Of a stretch of DNA of 64,000 nucleotides, positions 8,512 through 17,955 are shown piece by piece. The DNA comes from Bacteroidia bacterium. Its GTDB lineage: Bacteria > Bacteroidota > Bacteroidia > JABEUT01. The notes below the pieces were generated by a model that was given only the letters and a program-made list of their open reading frames with translations, did no database searches and was not told the origin of the DNA. The stretch covers positions 472 through 64,471 of the forward strand of contig JBKQUY010000102.1 of the NCBI GenBank assembly GCA_052325425.1. The letters run 5' to 3'. How positions within the stretch are numbered: position 1 is the first letter of the stretch; each line of letters begins with the position of its first letter. The translations under genes were made by a program, and so were the position numbers.

Positions 8512-10830
8512 CTAAACCCTTATTCCAATTATTAACACATCATCAACCTGTTCTAAATTGCCTTTCCAATTGTCTAAAGTTTGTTCCAGATTTTGCTTTT
8601 GTTCTTGCATTGTCAACTTACAATTGTCCATTATCAATTGCTGAAGCTGCTTATATTTAAACTTCTTTTCCTTTGGCCCGCCAAACTGGTCGGCATAACC
8701 ATCTGTAAATAGATACAAAGTTCCGGCCTCCCTGCCCTCCAAAGGAGGTTTTAATGTAAAGGCATGAGTAGTGAATGGCTTTGGATTATCGGCTTTGCCT
8801 ATGGGTTGTTTATCGGCAGGTAATTCCTTCATTATTCCATCCTGTATATACCACAACGAATTAAATGCACCCGCCCATTGTATTTGAATCCCTCCTTCGG
8901 AGGGAGTTAGGGAGGTTAACGAAATATCCATCCCATCCTGCACATCGTTTTCGCTTTTCTCAAATGTTTCCAATACAAGTTCTCGCACTTTGTCCAATAT
9001 TTTTCCCGGTTCAGTTATCTTAAATTCTTTTACAGTTCTGTTTAATGCATTACTGCAAACTACACTAACCATTGCACCCGGTACACCGTGGCCGGTGCAA
9101 TCTGCTGCTGCAACAAAAATGGTGGACTCTGTCCGCTCCATCCAATAGAAATCTCCTGCGACAATATCTTTGGGTTTATACAAAACAAATGATTCAGGCA
9201 GATATTGCTCTATCATTTTTAAAGGGGGCAAAATAGCATCCTGCAAACGCTTGGCGTAGTTTATAGAGTCGAGAATATCTTTATTCTTTTCTTCTACTAT
9301 TTTTTTCTGCTCCTCCACTATCTTATTTTTTTCTTCAACCAATTCCTTTTGCTGTTCTACAAGAGTTTTTTGTTGTTCCACAACTGTCTTCTGTTTTTCA
9401 ATCAGGTTCTTTTGTCTGCGTGTAATACTCAATGAGCGGAATATAATCGCTACGAATATCAGAGCAAGAGTCAGGCCACCAAACGAAGCGTACATAATCA
9501 CTTCCTGTTTCCTGGCTGCAGCTTCGTGAATAACATTTCGCTTATCTTCCTCTGCTTTGGCAGAGTCGGCTTTCCTTTCAAAATCAAAAGTCATTTGGCT
9601 GCCCAGTATTTTTTTGTCTGTCTCCTTATTCTTCAGCGAATCCCGGTAAATGATATAGGTTTTGTAATCGCTTAATGCGGTTTTGTAATTGCCTGTAGCA
9701 CTGTCATAAATGGACCAATAATTATAGGCTCCCTTTATCAGTTCTTTTTCTCCAATACTTTTACTTAAGCTCATTGCGCTGTCAAGGTATTGTTTCGCTG
9801 CACGGTATTTTTTCATTTGAGTAAGAATGTTCCCAATGTTTCCATAGGCAAATCCCCTGCCGGTGTTATCTCCAATTTCCCGGCTCATCTGTAACCCCTG
9901 CAATTGGTTTTTCAGCGCCTCGGTATAATTGCCTGTTTTATAATAAGTACTCCCTATATTCCCATAAGCTATGTCCATACCCTGTTTATTTCCAATTTCC
10001 AGGTATATTCTCAAACCTTGCAATTGGTTTTTCAGCGCTTCGGGGTAATTGCCCATATCAAAATAAATGTTACCGGTGCTCATATAAGCCTCGCCCATTG
10101 ATAACTTATCTCCATTTTCCCGGGCTATTTTCAGGCTTTGCAATTGGTTTTTCAGCGCCTCGGTATAATTGCCCTGCTCATCGTAAATGTTCCCTATATT
10201 TCCGTATGCATTGCTCATACCCTTTTTATCTCCTATCTCACTCTCTATTTTCAAACCTTGCAACTGGTTTTTCAATGCTTCAGAGTAATTGCCCTGGGCT
10301 TCATAAATAAGCCCAAGGTTTCCGTAAGCATTGCTCATACCGAGTTTATTTTTAATTTCCTGAAATGAGTTCAAGCTTTGCAGGTAGTTTTTCTGGGCTT
10401 CAGGGTAATTGCCCTGCCTCCAATAAACATTCCCAATGTTTAAATACGCATTGCCCATACCCTTTTTATCTCTTATTTCCTGAAATATTTTCAAACCCTG
10501 CAACTGGTTTTTCAGGGCTTCAGTATAATTGCCCTGGTCTTCATAAATATTTCCTTTGTTCAGGTAAGCTTTGCCCATACCTTGTTTATAATTTATTTTT
10601 TGAGCCAGAGCCAAAGAAATTTGAGCTAATGAGTCGCTTTGGGAGTAATCGGAGAGCAGATATAGTTGCCGGCTCAAATTGTTGAGAGTGTTTACGCGGT
10701 TAGTATCTTCTTTATCAGTTTCAAGAAGGTTTCGAACTGAATCAATCTCATGGGTTTGGGCAAAAGAATTACCTGCCATTAGTACATAGGCAGATATTAC
10801 AAGGAATACGTATTTTATTTTCTGTTTCAG
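8512..10830 (-). CDS. TPR-repeat sensor / TM / PP2C (SpoIIE/RsbU-type) phosphatase
   Basis: 40-aa TPR repeats, TM helix, coiled coil, KPKDIVAGDFYW, DCTGHGVPGA, DGMD, TDGYADQFGG, QVDD; ATG at 10779 but the signal peptide extends in frame to CTG 10830. Confidence 0.9.
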   Translation of the reverse strand: MKQKIKYVFLVISAYVLMAGNSFAQTHEIDSVRNLLETDKEDTNRVNTLNNLSRQLYLLSDYSQSDSLAQISLALAQKINYKQGMGKAYLNKGNIYEDQGNYTEALKNQLQGLKIFQEIRDKKGMGNAYLNIGNVYWRQGNYPEAQKNYLQSLNSFQEIKNKLGMSNAYGNLGLIYEAQGNYSEALKNQLQGLKIESEIGDKKGMSNAYGNIGNIYDEQGNYTEALKNQLQSLKIARENGDKLSMGEAYMSTGNIYFDMGNYPEALKNQLQGLRIYLEIGNKQGMDIAYGNIGSTYYKTGNYTEALKNQLQGLQMSREIGDNTGRGFAYGNIGNILTQMKKYRAAKQYLDSAMSLSKSIGEKELIKGAYNYWSIYDSATGNYKTALSDYKTYIIYRDSLKNKETDKKILGSQMTFDFERKADSAKAEEDKRNVIHEAAARKQEVIMYASFGGLTLALIFVAIIFRSLSITRRQKNLIEKQKTVVEQQKTLVEQQKELVEEKNKIVEEQKKIVEEKNKDILDSINYAKRLQDAILPPLKMIEQYLPESFVLYKPKDIVAGDFYWMERTESTIFVAAADCTGHGVPGAMVSVVCSNALNRTVKEFKITEPGKILDKVRELVLETFEKSENDVQDGMDISLTSLTPSEGGIQIQWAGAFNSLWYIQDGIMKELPADKQPIGKADNPKPFTTHAFTLKPPLEGREAGTLYLFTDGYADQFGGPKEKKFKYKQLQQLIMDNCKLTMQEQKQNLEQTLDNWKGNLEQVDDVLIIGIRV
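9895..10560. repeat. ~120-bp-period tandem DNA repeats encoding TPR units
   Basis: CAA(T/C)TGGTTTTTCAG...TAATTGCCC recurs at 9901, 10021, 10141, 10261, 10381 (diverged), 10501. Confidence 0.85.
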
Positions 10831-10936
10831 ATACCCGGAGTTTCGACCAATAATTGGTGCAAAAGATACAGATAAAACTTGAACAACTATTTTTACTTAG
10901 TAAAACAGCAAGAAGTTTATCGGGATAGAATAGTAC

Positions 10937-13252
10937 TTATTGAATCATAAGTTTTCCGCTCGAAATATATTCGCCTTTCCCAGAGGTTACTTTATATAAA
11001 TATAATCCAGGGGCTTGTCTATTTATGTTCAATTCTGTATTGCCATTATATATAACTGACGAAAATACATTTTGTCCAAGCATATCATATATAGTTATTT
11101 CAGCATCTCCTCCTGTCCCCTGCAATGCTACTGTAACTCTGCCACTGGTAGGATTAGGATATATTTTAAGCGAAGCAGCATTTATTACTGATGTTGTTCC
11201 TGTTGTAATAGAAGAATAGAGAGGTGATTCCCATATACCCCTGCCATAAAATGAAACACGCAATAAACTACTTGGCGTACCATTATTATATATCATTAAA
11301 TTAGTAATTCTGCACGTTGCCGGTAATCCTTTTGAGTAATTAAGCCAGTTGGTCATTGTATTGTCTTTATACCATATAGCATCACCGGTAGCCAGGTACA
11401 TGGCTTCGTTTGTGCTATAGCTATCGTTTAATACGTTGATGATATTTACCGCTGGTAAATTCGCTGTTACATTTGTCCATGAGGCGCCTCTGTTGGCAGA
11501 TCTGTAAATACTATGTCCGCACGATAAATAAACAACATTCGAATCACTTTTTACTGTTGCTATGCAGGCCCCATTTGTTGTAGCAGCCGGTGTGCTGTAC
11601 TTGGTCCAGGTAGGGATAGTGTACAAAGCGCTATCTGTATAATAAAGGAACGAATTTTTGGTTGCCACATATAATTCGCTAGCATTTATGGGTGAAGTTT
11701 CCACTGCTAAAATGGGCTCAGATATAGTAAGTATTTCATTCCATGTTGGTGGATTAGTGAGCAGGTTTGTAGTTGCATAAACATTTGAATCATAAATAAA
11801 AGCCACATTGGTTTGAGATGGAGAAAAATCAACCCCATCATAAGTTCCATGGGAAAATGGATAATTTAATGAAGTTGAAGCAGCTGAAAGATTATGCCGG
11901 GCATCCTCACTTAATACGTAAAATGTATTACTATCTGCATAATCAGCGGCCAATGGTGAAGTAAGGTCGCCACCGTCATATGTAACCCAGGGTTCGGCCT
12001 TATTATAATAAAGCCCTGCATTATCCTGGCTTGCTATAGAGATGAAATCTTCCTTTATCGGGCTGGTTGTTGCATGATAACATTCTGTAATTGAAAGTCC
12101 ATTACTCACAGGCCTCCAGGTGGCTGTACTATCTTTTGTTTCCCATACGCCACCATCATTAGCGTTGTAAAGAATAGTTGGATCGGTAGGATTAAAAGCG
12201 AAAAAATGCATATCGGTATGTATACCCGCCCACCACCTGTAATTGGTCATCCAATGTATACCTCCGTCAGTTGATTTCCATATAGACTCGGCACCCACAT
12301 AGATGGTATTGATATTGGTAGGGTCAATTGCAATACAAAAATTATAACCACCCTGGGAACGGCTCCCGAGCGAATTAGTATCATATCCATCAAGGTCGCA
12401 TTTGTTTGCAGGTTTTGCAACACTGAAAGTTTGTCCGCTATTAGTAGATAGTAAAAGTGGGGTACAATTCGCACTATCATCACCAACAAAAGTAACATAT
12501 ACCACATTCGAATCTGCCTTACTCACCCCAATTCTTCCACCGTTTTGTAGGGCAGCCTTAGGAGCGGGAAGCGGGATGCTTTTCCATGTATTCCCAACAT
12601 CATTGGAGACCCAAAAGTCGGAATCGGTGCAGGCGTATATGGTAGATGTCATTGAAGATGGCTTAAATTGCATATCTCTGAATTTTCCACCACTGTGGAC
12701 TTGAGTCCATGCTGCCCCTGCATTTGTACTTTTCCATATTCCGCTATTTGATGCTGCTATAAGTGTATTATGGTCGTGTGGTGACATTAATATTTCCACA
12801 GCCAGAAGGTTTCCCATGCCAGTATTAGAAGCTTTCCAGGATACCCCTGCATCAGTACTTTTCCATATTCCGAATTCCTGACTGTAATAATTAAGATCGC
12901 CGGTTCCCAGGTATAATATACTGTCGTTGGTGTAATCAATACAAATTGAAGCAGCTGATTTGCCTGCCTGGTTATAAGCCGATATAGTGTCAGTGCCGGT
13001 AGAAGACCATGTTGCAGCACTGTCAGTACTTACAAATAAGCCGCCATTAGCGCTTGTTGCGTATATTTTTAGTGGGTTAATAGGGTCAAATTTTATTTGT
13101 TCTACTCGGCCAATTCCATTTATTTGTCCGCTGGTATTTGTCGGAAATTGAATAGGGCCAACGAGTTTCCAATTACCATATATCTGACTGCTTGCAACTT
13201 TTACAGTCAAGCATATAATTAATAGGGCTATAAAGTATAGTTGCTTTTTCAT
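10937..13252 (-). CDS. BNR/Asp-box (VPS10-like) beta-propeller protein with T9SS type-A CTD
   Basis: Repeated STDxGxxW Asp-boxes; HTDMH; C-terminal IYPNPTSG...GLYLYKV...KLMIQ. Confidence 0.88.
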   Translation of the reverse strand: MKKQLYFIALLIICLTVKVASSQIYGNWKLVGPIQFPTNTSGQINGIGRVEQIKFDPINPLKIYATSANGGLFVSTDSAATWSSTGTDTISAYNQAGKSAASICIDYTNDSILYLGTGDLNYYSQEFGIWKSTDAGVSWKASNTGMGNLLAVEILMSPHDHNTLIAASNSGIWKSTNAGAAWTQVHSGGKFRDMQFKPSSMTSTIYACTDSDFWVSNDVGNTWKSIPLPAPKAALQNGGRIGVSKADSNVVYVTFVGDDSANCTPLLLSTNSGQTFSVAKPANKCDLDGYDTNSLGSRSQGGYNFCIAIDPTNINTIYVGAESIWKSTDGGIHWMTNYRWWAGIHTDMHFFAFNPTDPTILYNANDGGVWETKDSTATWRPVSNGLSITECYHATTSPIKEDFISIASQDNAGLYYNKAEPWVTYDGGDLTSPLAADYADSNTFYVLSEDARHNLSAASTSLNYPFSHGTYDGVDFSPSQTNVAFIYDSNVYATTNLLTNPPTWNEILTISEPILAVETSPINASELYVATKNSFLYYTDSALYTIPTWTKYSTPAATTNGACIATVKSDSNVVYLSCGHSIYRSANRGASWTNVTANLPAVNIINVLNDSYSTNEAMYLATGDAIWYKDNTMTNWLNYSKGLPATCRITNLMIYNNGTPSSLLRVSFYGRGIWESPLYSSITTGTTSVINAASLKIYPNPTSGRVTVALQGTGGDAEITIYDMLGQNVFSSVIYNGNTELNINRQAPGLYLYKVTSGKGEYISSGKLMIQ

Positions 13253-13638
13253 TTAATATCAGCCGGGGTTCCCCTACGGGCATTTTGACGTAATTGCAAT
13301 TGTTGGTAAGGATAAAGTATACTTCCATCATCTTGCACATAAGGCTGAACCAGTATTTGCCAGTTTTTGAATCTCATATACTCAAAGGTGTATGGAATAT
13401 TTTTCTCCATGGTTTTTACAGAATCGGCAAATTCTTCTCCCTCTCCATGGGGTTGTTCTCTGCCTTTCCAATAATTATCGAAAGCCTTCATTGCCTCAAA
13501 ATAATTCGTGGTTGAATCATCCATCATCTGTATCCAATATGGGTATGCAGCAAGATTCTTAACCTCACTTTTTTGAGCAGAAACATTACCCAGAAAACCT
13601 GTTAGAAATATTATTAAACAAAGAAGCGTCAGTTTCAT
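13249..13638 (-). CDS. Small secreted protein translationally coupled to the BNR protein
   Basis: Signal peptide from ATG 13638 (MKLTLLCL); 4-bp overlap with the next gene. Confidence 0.75.
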   Translation of the reverse strand: MKLTLLCLIIFLTGFLGNVSAQKSEVKNLAAYPYWIQMMDDSTTNYFEAMKAFDNYWKGREQPHGEGEEFADSVKTMEKNIPYTFEYMRFKNWQILVQPYVQDDGSILYPYQQLQLRQNARRGTPADIK

Positions 13639-13727
13639 TTTATAAGAACAAATCAATTTTTACCGATTAATTACTTCAAAAGTAAGCAAAAATGCATTTA
13701 AAGCCATTTTTGACTATAGTTAGTTAA

Positions 13728-15326
13728 TTATACTCTTATTCCAATAATTAAAACATCGTCAATTTGCTCCAGGTCATTTTTCCAATCCATAAAAGCTTTT
13801 TCAATATGGGCTTTTTGCTCATTTAAGGGTTTCGTCGAAATAGATACCAGCATTTCCTGCAATTGACTATATTTAAACTTCTTTCCCCTTGGCCCGCCAA
13901 ACTGGTCAGCATAACCATCCGTGAATAGGTATAAGGTATCACCTTTCTGCAGATTTAAATTACTGGTGTTAAAAGGCTGGGGCTTATCATGTTTTCCAAT
14001 GGGCTGTTTATCAGCAGGTACTTCACTCATTTCTCCATTATGAATATACCAAAGTGAGTTATAGGCACCACTCCATTGTATATTGTTAGTTTTTGTATTA
14101 ATACAGCACAAAGAAATATCCATGCCATCCTGAACATTATCTTCACTTTTTTCAAAAGTCTCAAGCACCAAATGGCGCACTTTATCAAGTATTTTACCGG
14201 GCTCAGTTATCTTAAACTCTTTTACCGTCCTGTTTAATGCATTGGAACATACAACGCTTACCAATGCACCTGGAACCCCATGACCAGTACAATCGGCCGC
14301 AGCTATTAAAATATCATCATCTGCCCGCTCCATCCAGTAAAAATCACCCGCTACAATATCTTTCGGTTTATAAATCACAAATGAATCAGGCAGGTAATGT
14401 TTTATTAAACTCATTGGCGGTAAAATGGCATCTTGCAAACGTTTAGCGTAGGTAATGCTGCTGGTTATGTCTTTGTTCTTTTCCTCTACCAACTGCTTTT
14501 GCCGTTCAATAACCTTTTTCTGTTCTAAAATATCCCTGGTACGCTCCTCAACCTGAATCTCTAATTCCTCCTTCTTATGTGAGAGTATCTCCTGTTTTTC
14601 TCTTTCCTGTGAAATTGTTTTTTCCGATAATTCTTTTACTTCTGTATAACTTCTTTGCAGATTTTCAATCAATCGCTTCGTATCAAACAAAATGGCAAGG
14701 AATAGTGTAAAGCCGAAAATTAATGCAGCGGCAATTAATATGTAAAATTTCTTTTGGGTGATATAATATTCCTGGTTGTTACTTTTCAGCAAATCCTTAC
14801 TTACAGATACCTGTAATTCCAGGAGTGCATTTAATTTATCTACTACGGGGTAAATCATCCTGAATAGCCCCTCCGTCCCAATACTATTCAAGTTCTTTGT
14901 ACCTGACTGACTCATTTTTGCCCTTTCAATAGCAATTGCTGAATCAGCCCGATGCATGACCAATTCCGCTGACTTTGCCAATTGTACTTCTTCCGGAGTA
15001 AGGTAGGTAAGCTTATATGCTTGCCAATAGCGCACAATATCTGTATCAGCTTTTTTCATCCTTGCTTGTGCTTCTGAAAGAGAAACCGCACCATCTTTAA
15101 GTTCCTGTAATGTGAAAACAATATTTTTTGCGTAGGCATAACGGATATTAATCAGTTGCTCCATTGGCATAATTCTATTGGCATATATGTCCTGGGTATT
15201 ACTGTCCATCTTATTCAACTGGAACAAGCCGTAGGCCCCAATAGTAATGATTAAGGAACAAAGGATAAAAACTAAAAAAATCAACTTGGTAGAAACTTTA
15301 AATCTATCTAAAAGTTTTTGTAGCAT
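13728..15326 (-). CDS. Four-helix-bundle (4HB_MCP-like) sensor fused to PP2C/SpoIIE phosphatase
   Basis: KVSTKL..TM..IYANRIMPMEQL..TM; SpoIIE motifs. Confidence 0.9.
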   Translation of the reverse strand: MLQKLLDRFKVSTKLIFLVFILCSLIITIGAYGLFQLNKMDSNTQDIYANRIMPMEQLINIRYAYAKNIVFTLQELKDGAVSLSEAQARMKKADTDIVRYWQAYKLTYLTPEEVQLAKSAELVMHRADSAIAIERAKMSQSGTKNLNSIGTEGLFRMIYPVVDKLNALLELQVSVSKDLLKSNNQEYYITQKKFYILIAAALIFGFTLFLAILFDTKRLIENLQRSYTEVKELSEKTISQEREKQEILSHKKEELEIQVEERTRDILEQKKVIERQKQLVEEKNKDITSSITYAKRLQDAILPPMSLIKHYLPDSFVIYKPKDIVAGDFYWMERADDDILIAAADCTGHGVPGALVSVVCSNALNRTVKEFKITEPGKILDKVRHLVLETFEKSEDNVQDGMDISLCCINTKTNNIQWSGAYNSLWYIHNGEMSEVPADKQPIGKHDKPQPFNTSNLNLQKGDTLYLFTDGYADQFGGPRGKKFKYSQLQEMLVSISTKPLNEQKAHIEKAFMDWKNDLEQIDDVLIIGIRV

Positions 15327-15564
15327 TGGGGTACTATCATATCATTGTCAAAACATTACATTGGAATTAACCAGTTTTGCCATGTTATGCTAACAAATAT
15401 ATATATAATTGCAAATCTATGTAAGAAACCCATTGAGTTTTGTTCATAATGCTGCTTCCGAATAAATAGCCTTTGTACTAATCAACCATTGGAAGTTAAC
15501 ATACCATAATGGTATATTTAATTTAGCCAAAAGTCCTGTTTTCATTCAGAGTATAGAATATACA

Positions 15565-17706
15565 TTAACCCCTTATTCCGATTATTAAAACATCGTCAAT
15601 TTGCTCCAGGTCGCTTTTCCAATCCATAAAGGCTTTTTCAATATGGGCTTTTTGTTCATTTAAGGGTTTCGCCGAAATAGATACCAGCATTTCCTGCAAT
15701 TGCTTGTATTTGAATTTTTTACCCTTCGGCCCTCCAAACTGGTCGGCGAAACCATCGGTAAAAATATATACCATATCGCCCTCCTGCAATTTCAATGCCT
15801 GTGCTGAAAATGGCTTATGTCCTTGCTGAATTCCCACAGGCATTTTGTCGGCTTTATATTCAATGCATTCGTTATTGCGGACAAGCCATAACGGGTTGTT
15901 GGCACAGGCAAAGTCGAGCATGTAGTCAGTCAGGTTAAACGAACATAGTATGCAATCCATACCATCTTTGCTGCCATCATCTTTGCCCTCAGGGTTAAGG
16001 GCTTTAATAATATATTCCCTTACCTCATCGAGAATTTTCGCGGGTTCATTTATTTTCTTTTCCAGGTTTACTTCGTTCAGCAGCGATATATTGAGCAGGC
16101 TCATAAAAGCGCCGGGAACACCGTGCCCGGTGCAATCTCCTGCGCAGATTAAAAAGCGCTTGCCTTCATTGGTCTCCACCTCATTGGCCCAGTAAAAATC
16201 CCCGCTGACAATATCTCGGGGCTTAAAGAGAATAAAATACTCTTTCAGGCGCTTGCTTATATAATCGTCGGTGGTAAGCAGGGCGCGCTGTATGCGCGAT
16301 GCGTAATTAATGCTATCTGTAATATCCTTGTTCTTTTCCTCCACAATTAGTTTTTGTTTCTCGACCTCCAGCTTTTGTTTCTCTATAAGCACTTTTTGTT
16401 TGCGCGTAATCCTGAACCGGTTATACATAAACCCTGAGAAAACAAATACCAGGGCAAGGCCGCCATATAATGCGTATTGCAAAGTGCGCTGTTGTTTTAT
16501 CTCCGATTTCTGTGCCACTATCTCCAGGTCTTTTACTTTGGCTGCTTCAGCGTTCTTTATGCTGTCGGTTATTGATTTCTTGTCATATTCAAACTGCATT
16601 TCTTTATGCATTATTTCGCGCTTCTTGCTGTCGTTAATAACGCTATCCTTCAACTGAGTATATTTTTTGTACTGGTCGAGCGCGTCTTTAAAACGGCCAT
16701 CAGCCATATATATATCCGACAGGCTTAAATGGGCGTCTCTTTGTATATCGAGCGCGCCGATTTTTTTACCCAGGTCAGAGGCGCTGTCCGAGTATTGCTC
16801 GGCTTCTCCTATCCTTTTTAATTTTAAATAATAGCTCGAAATATTGATATAGGTAAGCGCCATACCATTTCTATCGCCTATTTGTTTCAGAATACCAAAG
16901 CACTTCATATTATATTCGATTCCCCTGGCATAATCATTTTGTAATCCATATACAACACTAATATTGCCATAAGTATTGGCAAGGCACTGCAAATTATTTA
17001 TCTCACGGCTTATATCGACTGCTCTGTTAAGGTATTCCATCGCTTTGCCATAATCGGGTACTTTGGTGTAAAAAAGTCCCATGTCAGATAATGTATTCGC
17101 AATATTCAATTTGTCGTTTGCCGCTTCATAAGCTTTCAGCGCTTCCTCTGCATATTCTAAAGCCTTCTTATAGTCATTCAGGTACCAATAGATAATGCCA
17201 ACATTTCCCATTTCACCTTCGGCATCTGCCTTGTCTCCCATTTCCCGGTATTTTTTTATAGCCTCCTGGTAGCACTCCAATGATTTGGGATAATCTGACA
17301 TATCCTCATAAACAAGCCCTTCATTCACGTACATATTGGCTATGTGAAGTTTATCTCCGGTTTCTTCAAATAATTTCATGCCATGTGCAAAAGCATCGAG
17401 GCTTGGCTGGTAGTTTGCCTGGCTCAGGTAGTTATTGCCAAGGTCATTGTACCCGCCACCTTCCCATTTTTTACTGCCTTTATCACGGGCTGCTTTAATA
17501 AGCATGTTGGAAATTAAAATACCGCTGTCGGGATTGGTGAAGCATAACTGAAAACCTATTTTTTCAAGTGCAGAGAATTGAGTAGTGTCAGGCAATGATT
17601 TATTATTCCAAACTTTCCAAAGCGAATCCATTTGCCTGTTTTGAGCTGAAACAGTATTGGCAAATAACGCAACAACCAATACGCAGATATGAAAGCGTAA
17701 TTTCAT
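15565..17706 (-). CDS. TPR sensor / TM / PP2C (SpoIIE) phosphatase
   Basis: Signal peptide, TPRs, TM, KPRDIVSGDFYW, DCTGHGVPGA, DGMD, TDGFADQFGG. Confidence 0.9.
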   Translation of the reverse strand: MKLRFHICVLVVALFANTVSAQNRQMDSLWKVWNNKSLPDTTQFSALEKIGFQLCFTNPDSGILISNMLIKAARDKGSKKWEGGGYNDLGNNYLSQANYQPSLDAFAHGMKLFEETGDKLHIANMYVNEGLVYEDMSDYPKSLECYQEAIKKYREMGDKADAEGEMGNVGIIYWYLNDYKKALEYAEEALKAYEAANDKLNIANTLSDMGLFYTKVPDYGKAMEYLNRAVDISREINNLQCLANTYGNISVVYGLQNDYARGIEYNMKCFGILKQIGDRNGMALTYINISSYYLKLKRIGEAEQYSDSASDLGKKIGALDIQRDAHLSLSDIYMADGRFKDALDQYKKYTQLKDSVINDSKKREIMHKEMQFEYDKKSITDSIKNAEAAKVKDLEIVAQKSEIKQQRTLQYALYGGLALVFVFSGFMYNRFRITRKQKVLIEKQKLEVEKQKLIVEEKNKDITDSINYASRIQRALLTTDDYISKRLKEYFILFKPRDIVSGDFYWANEVETNEGKRFLICAGDCTGHGVPGAFMSLLNISLLNEVNLEKKINEPAKILDEVREYIIKALNPEGKDDGSKDGMDCILCSFNLTDYMLDFACANNPLWLVRNNECIEYKADKMPVGIQQGHKPFSAQALKLQEGDMVYIFTDGFADQFGGPKGKKFKYKQLQEMLVSISAKPLNEQKAHIEKAFMDWKSDLEQIDDVLIIGIRG

Positions 17707-17781
17707 TCAAACAAATATAACATATTCATCCACAAGTAAATGAATCAACCGGGTAAGGTATCCGGGAGGTAGAATTTGGAC

Positions 17782-17897
17782 AAAAAAATAGGCCGGAGTA
17801 GAAGAGGTCGTCTTCTGGGTCTCCGGCCATTATTGCTCTTCCACCACTCAAAGAAGAGCATTATCATAATGCTTTAAATAATGTTTCAGAACGTAAT
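17782..17897 (-). ncRNA. Candidate ~115-nt sRNA
   Basis: TACCTTTG promoter on - (17905-17912), hairpin 17834-17860, terminator hairpin 17791-17828 with U-tract; the downstream gene has its own TATATTTG (17712-17719). Confidence 0.45.
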
Positions 17898-17955
17898 TGT
17901 AAAACAAAGGTAAATCATTTTTTGAAATAAAAAATATTTTTTGGCAGATTTTTTT

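Noticed and set aside
9895-10560. Regularly spaced repeats as a CRISPR array
   Set aside because: In-frame 120-bp TPR coding units with similar intervening sequence; no cas genes
13747-15702. 119-bp near-identical repeat as a DGR template/variable repeat pair
   Set aside because: The 5 mismatches are not adenine-specific, both copies are in coding PP2C ends, and no reverse transcriptase is present
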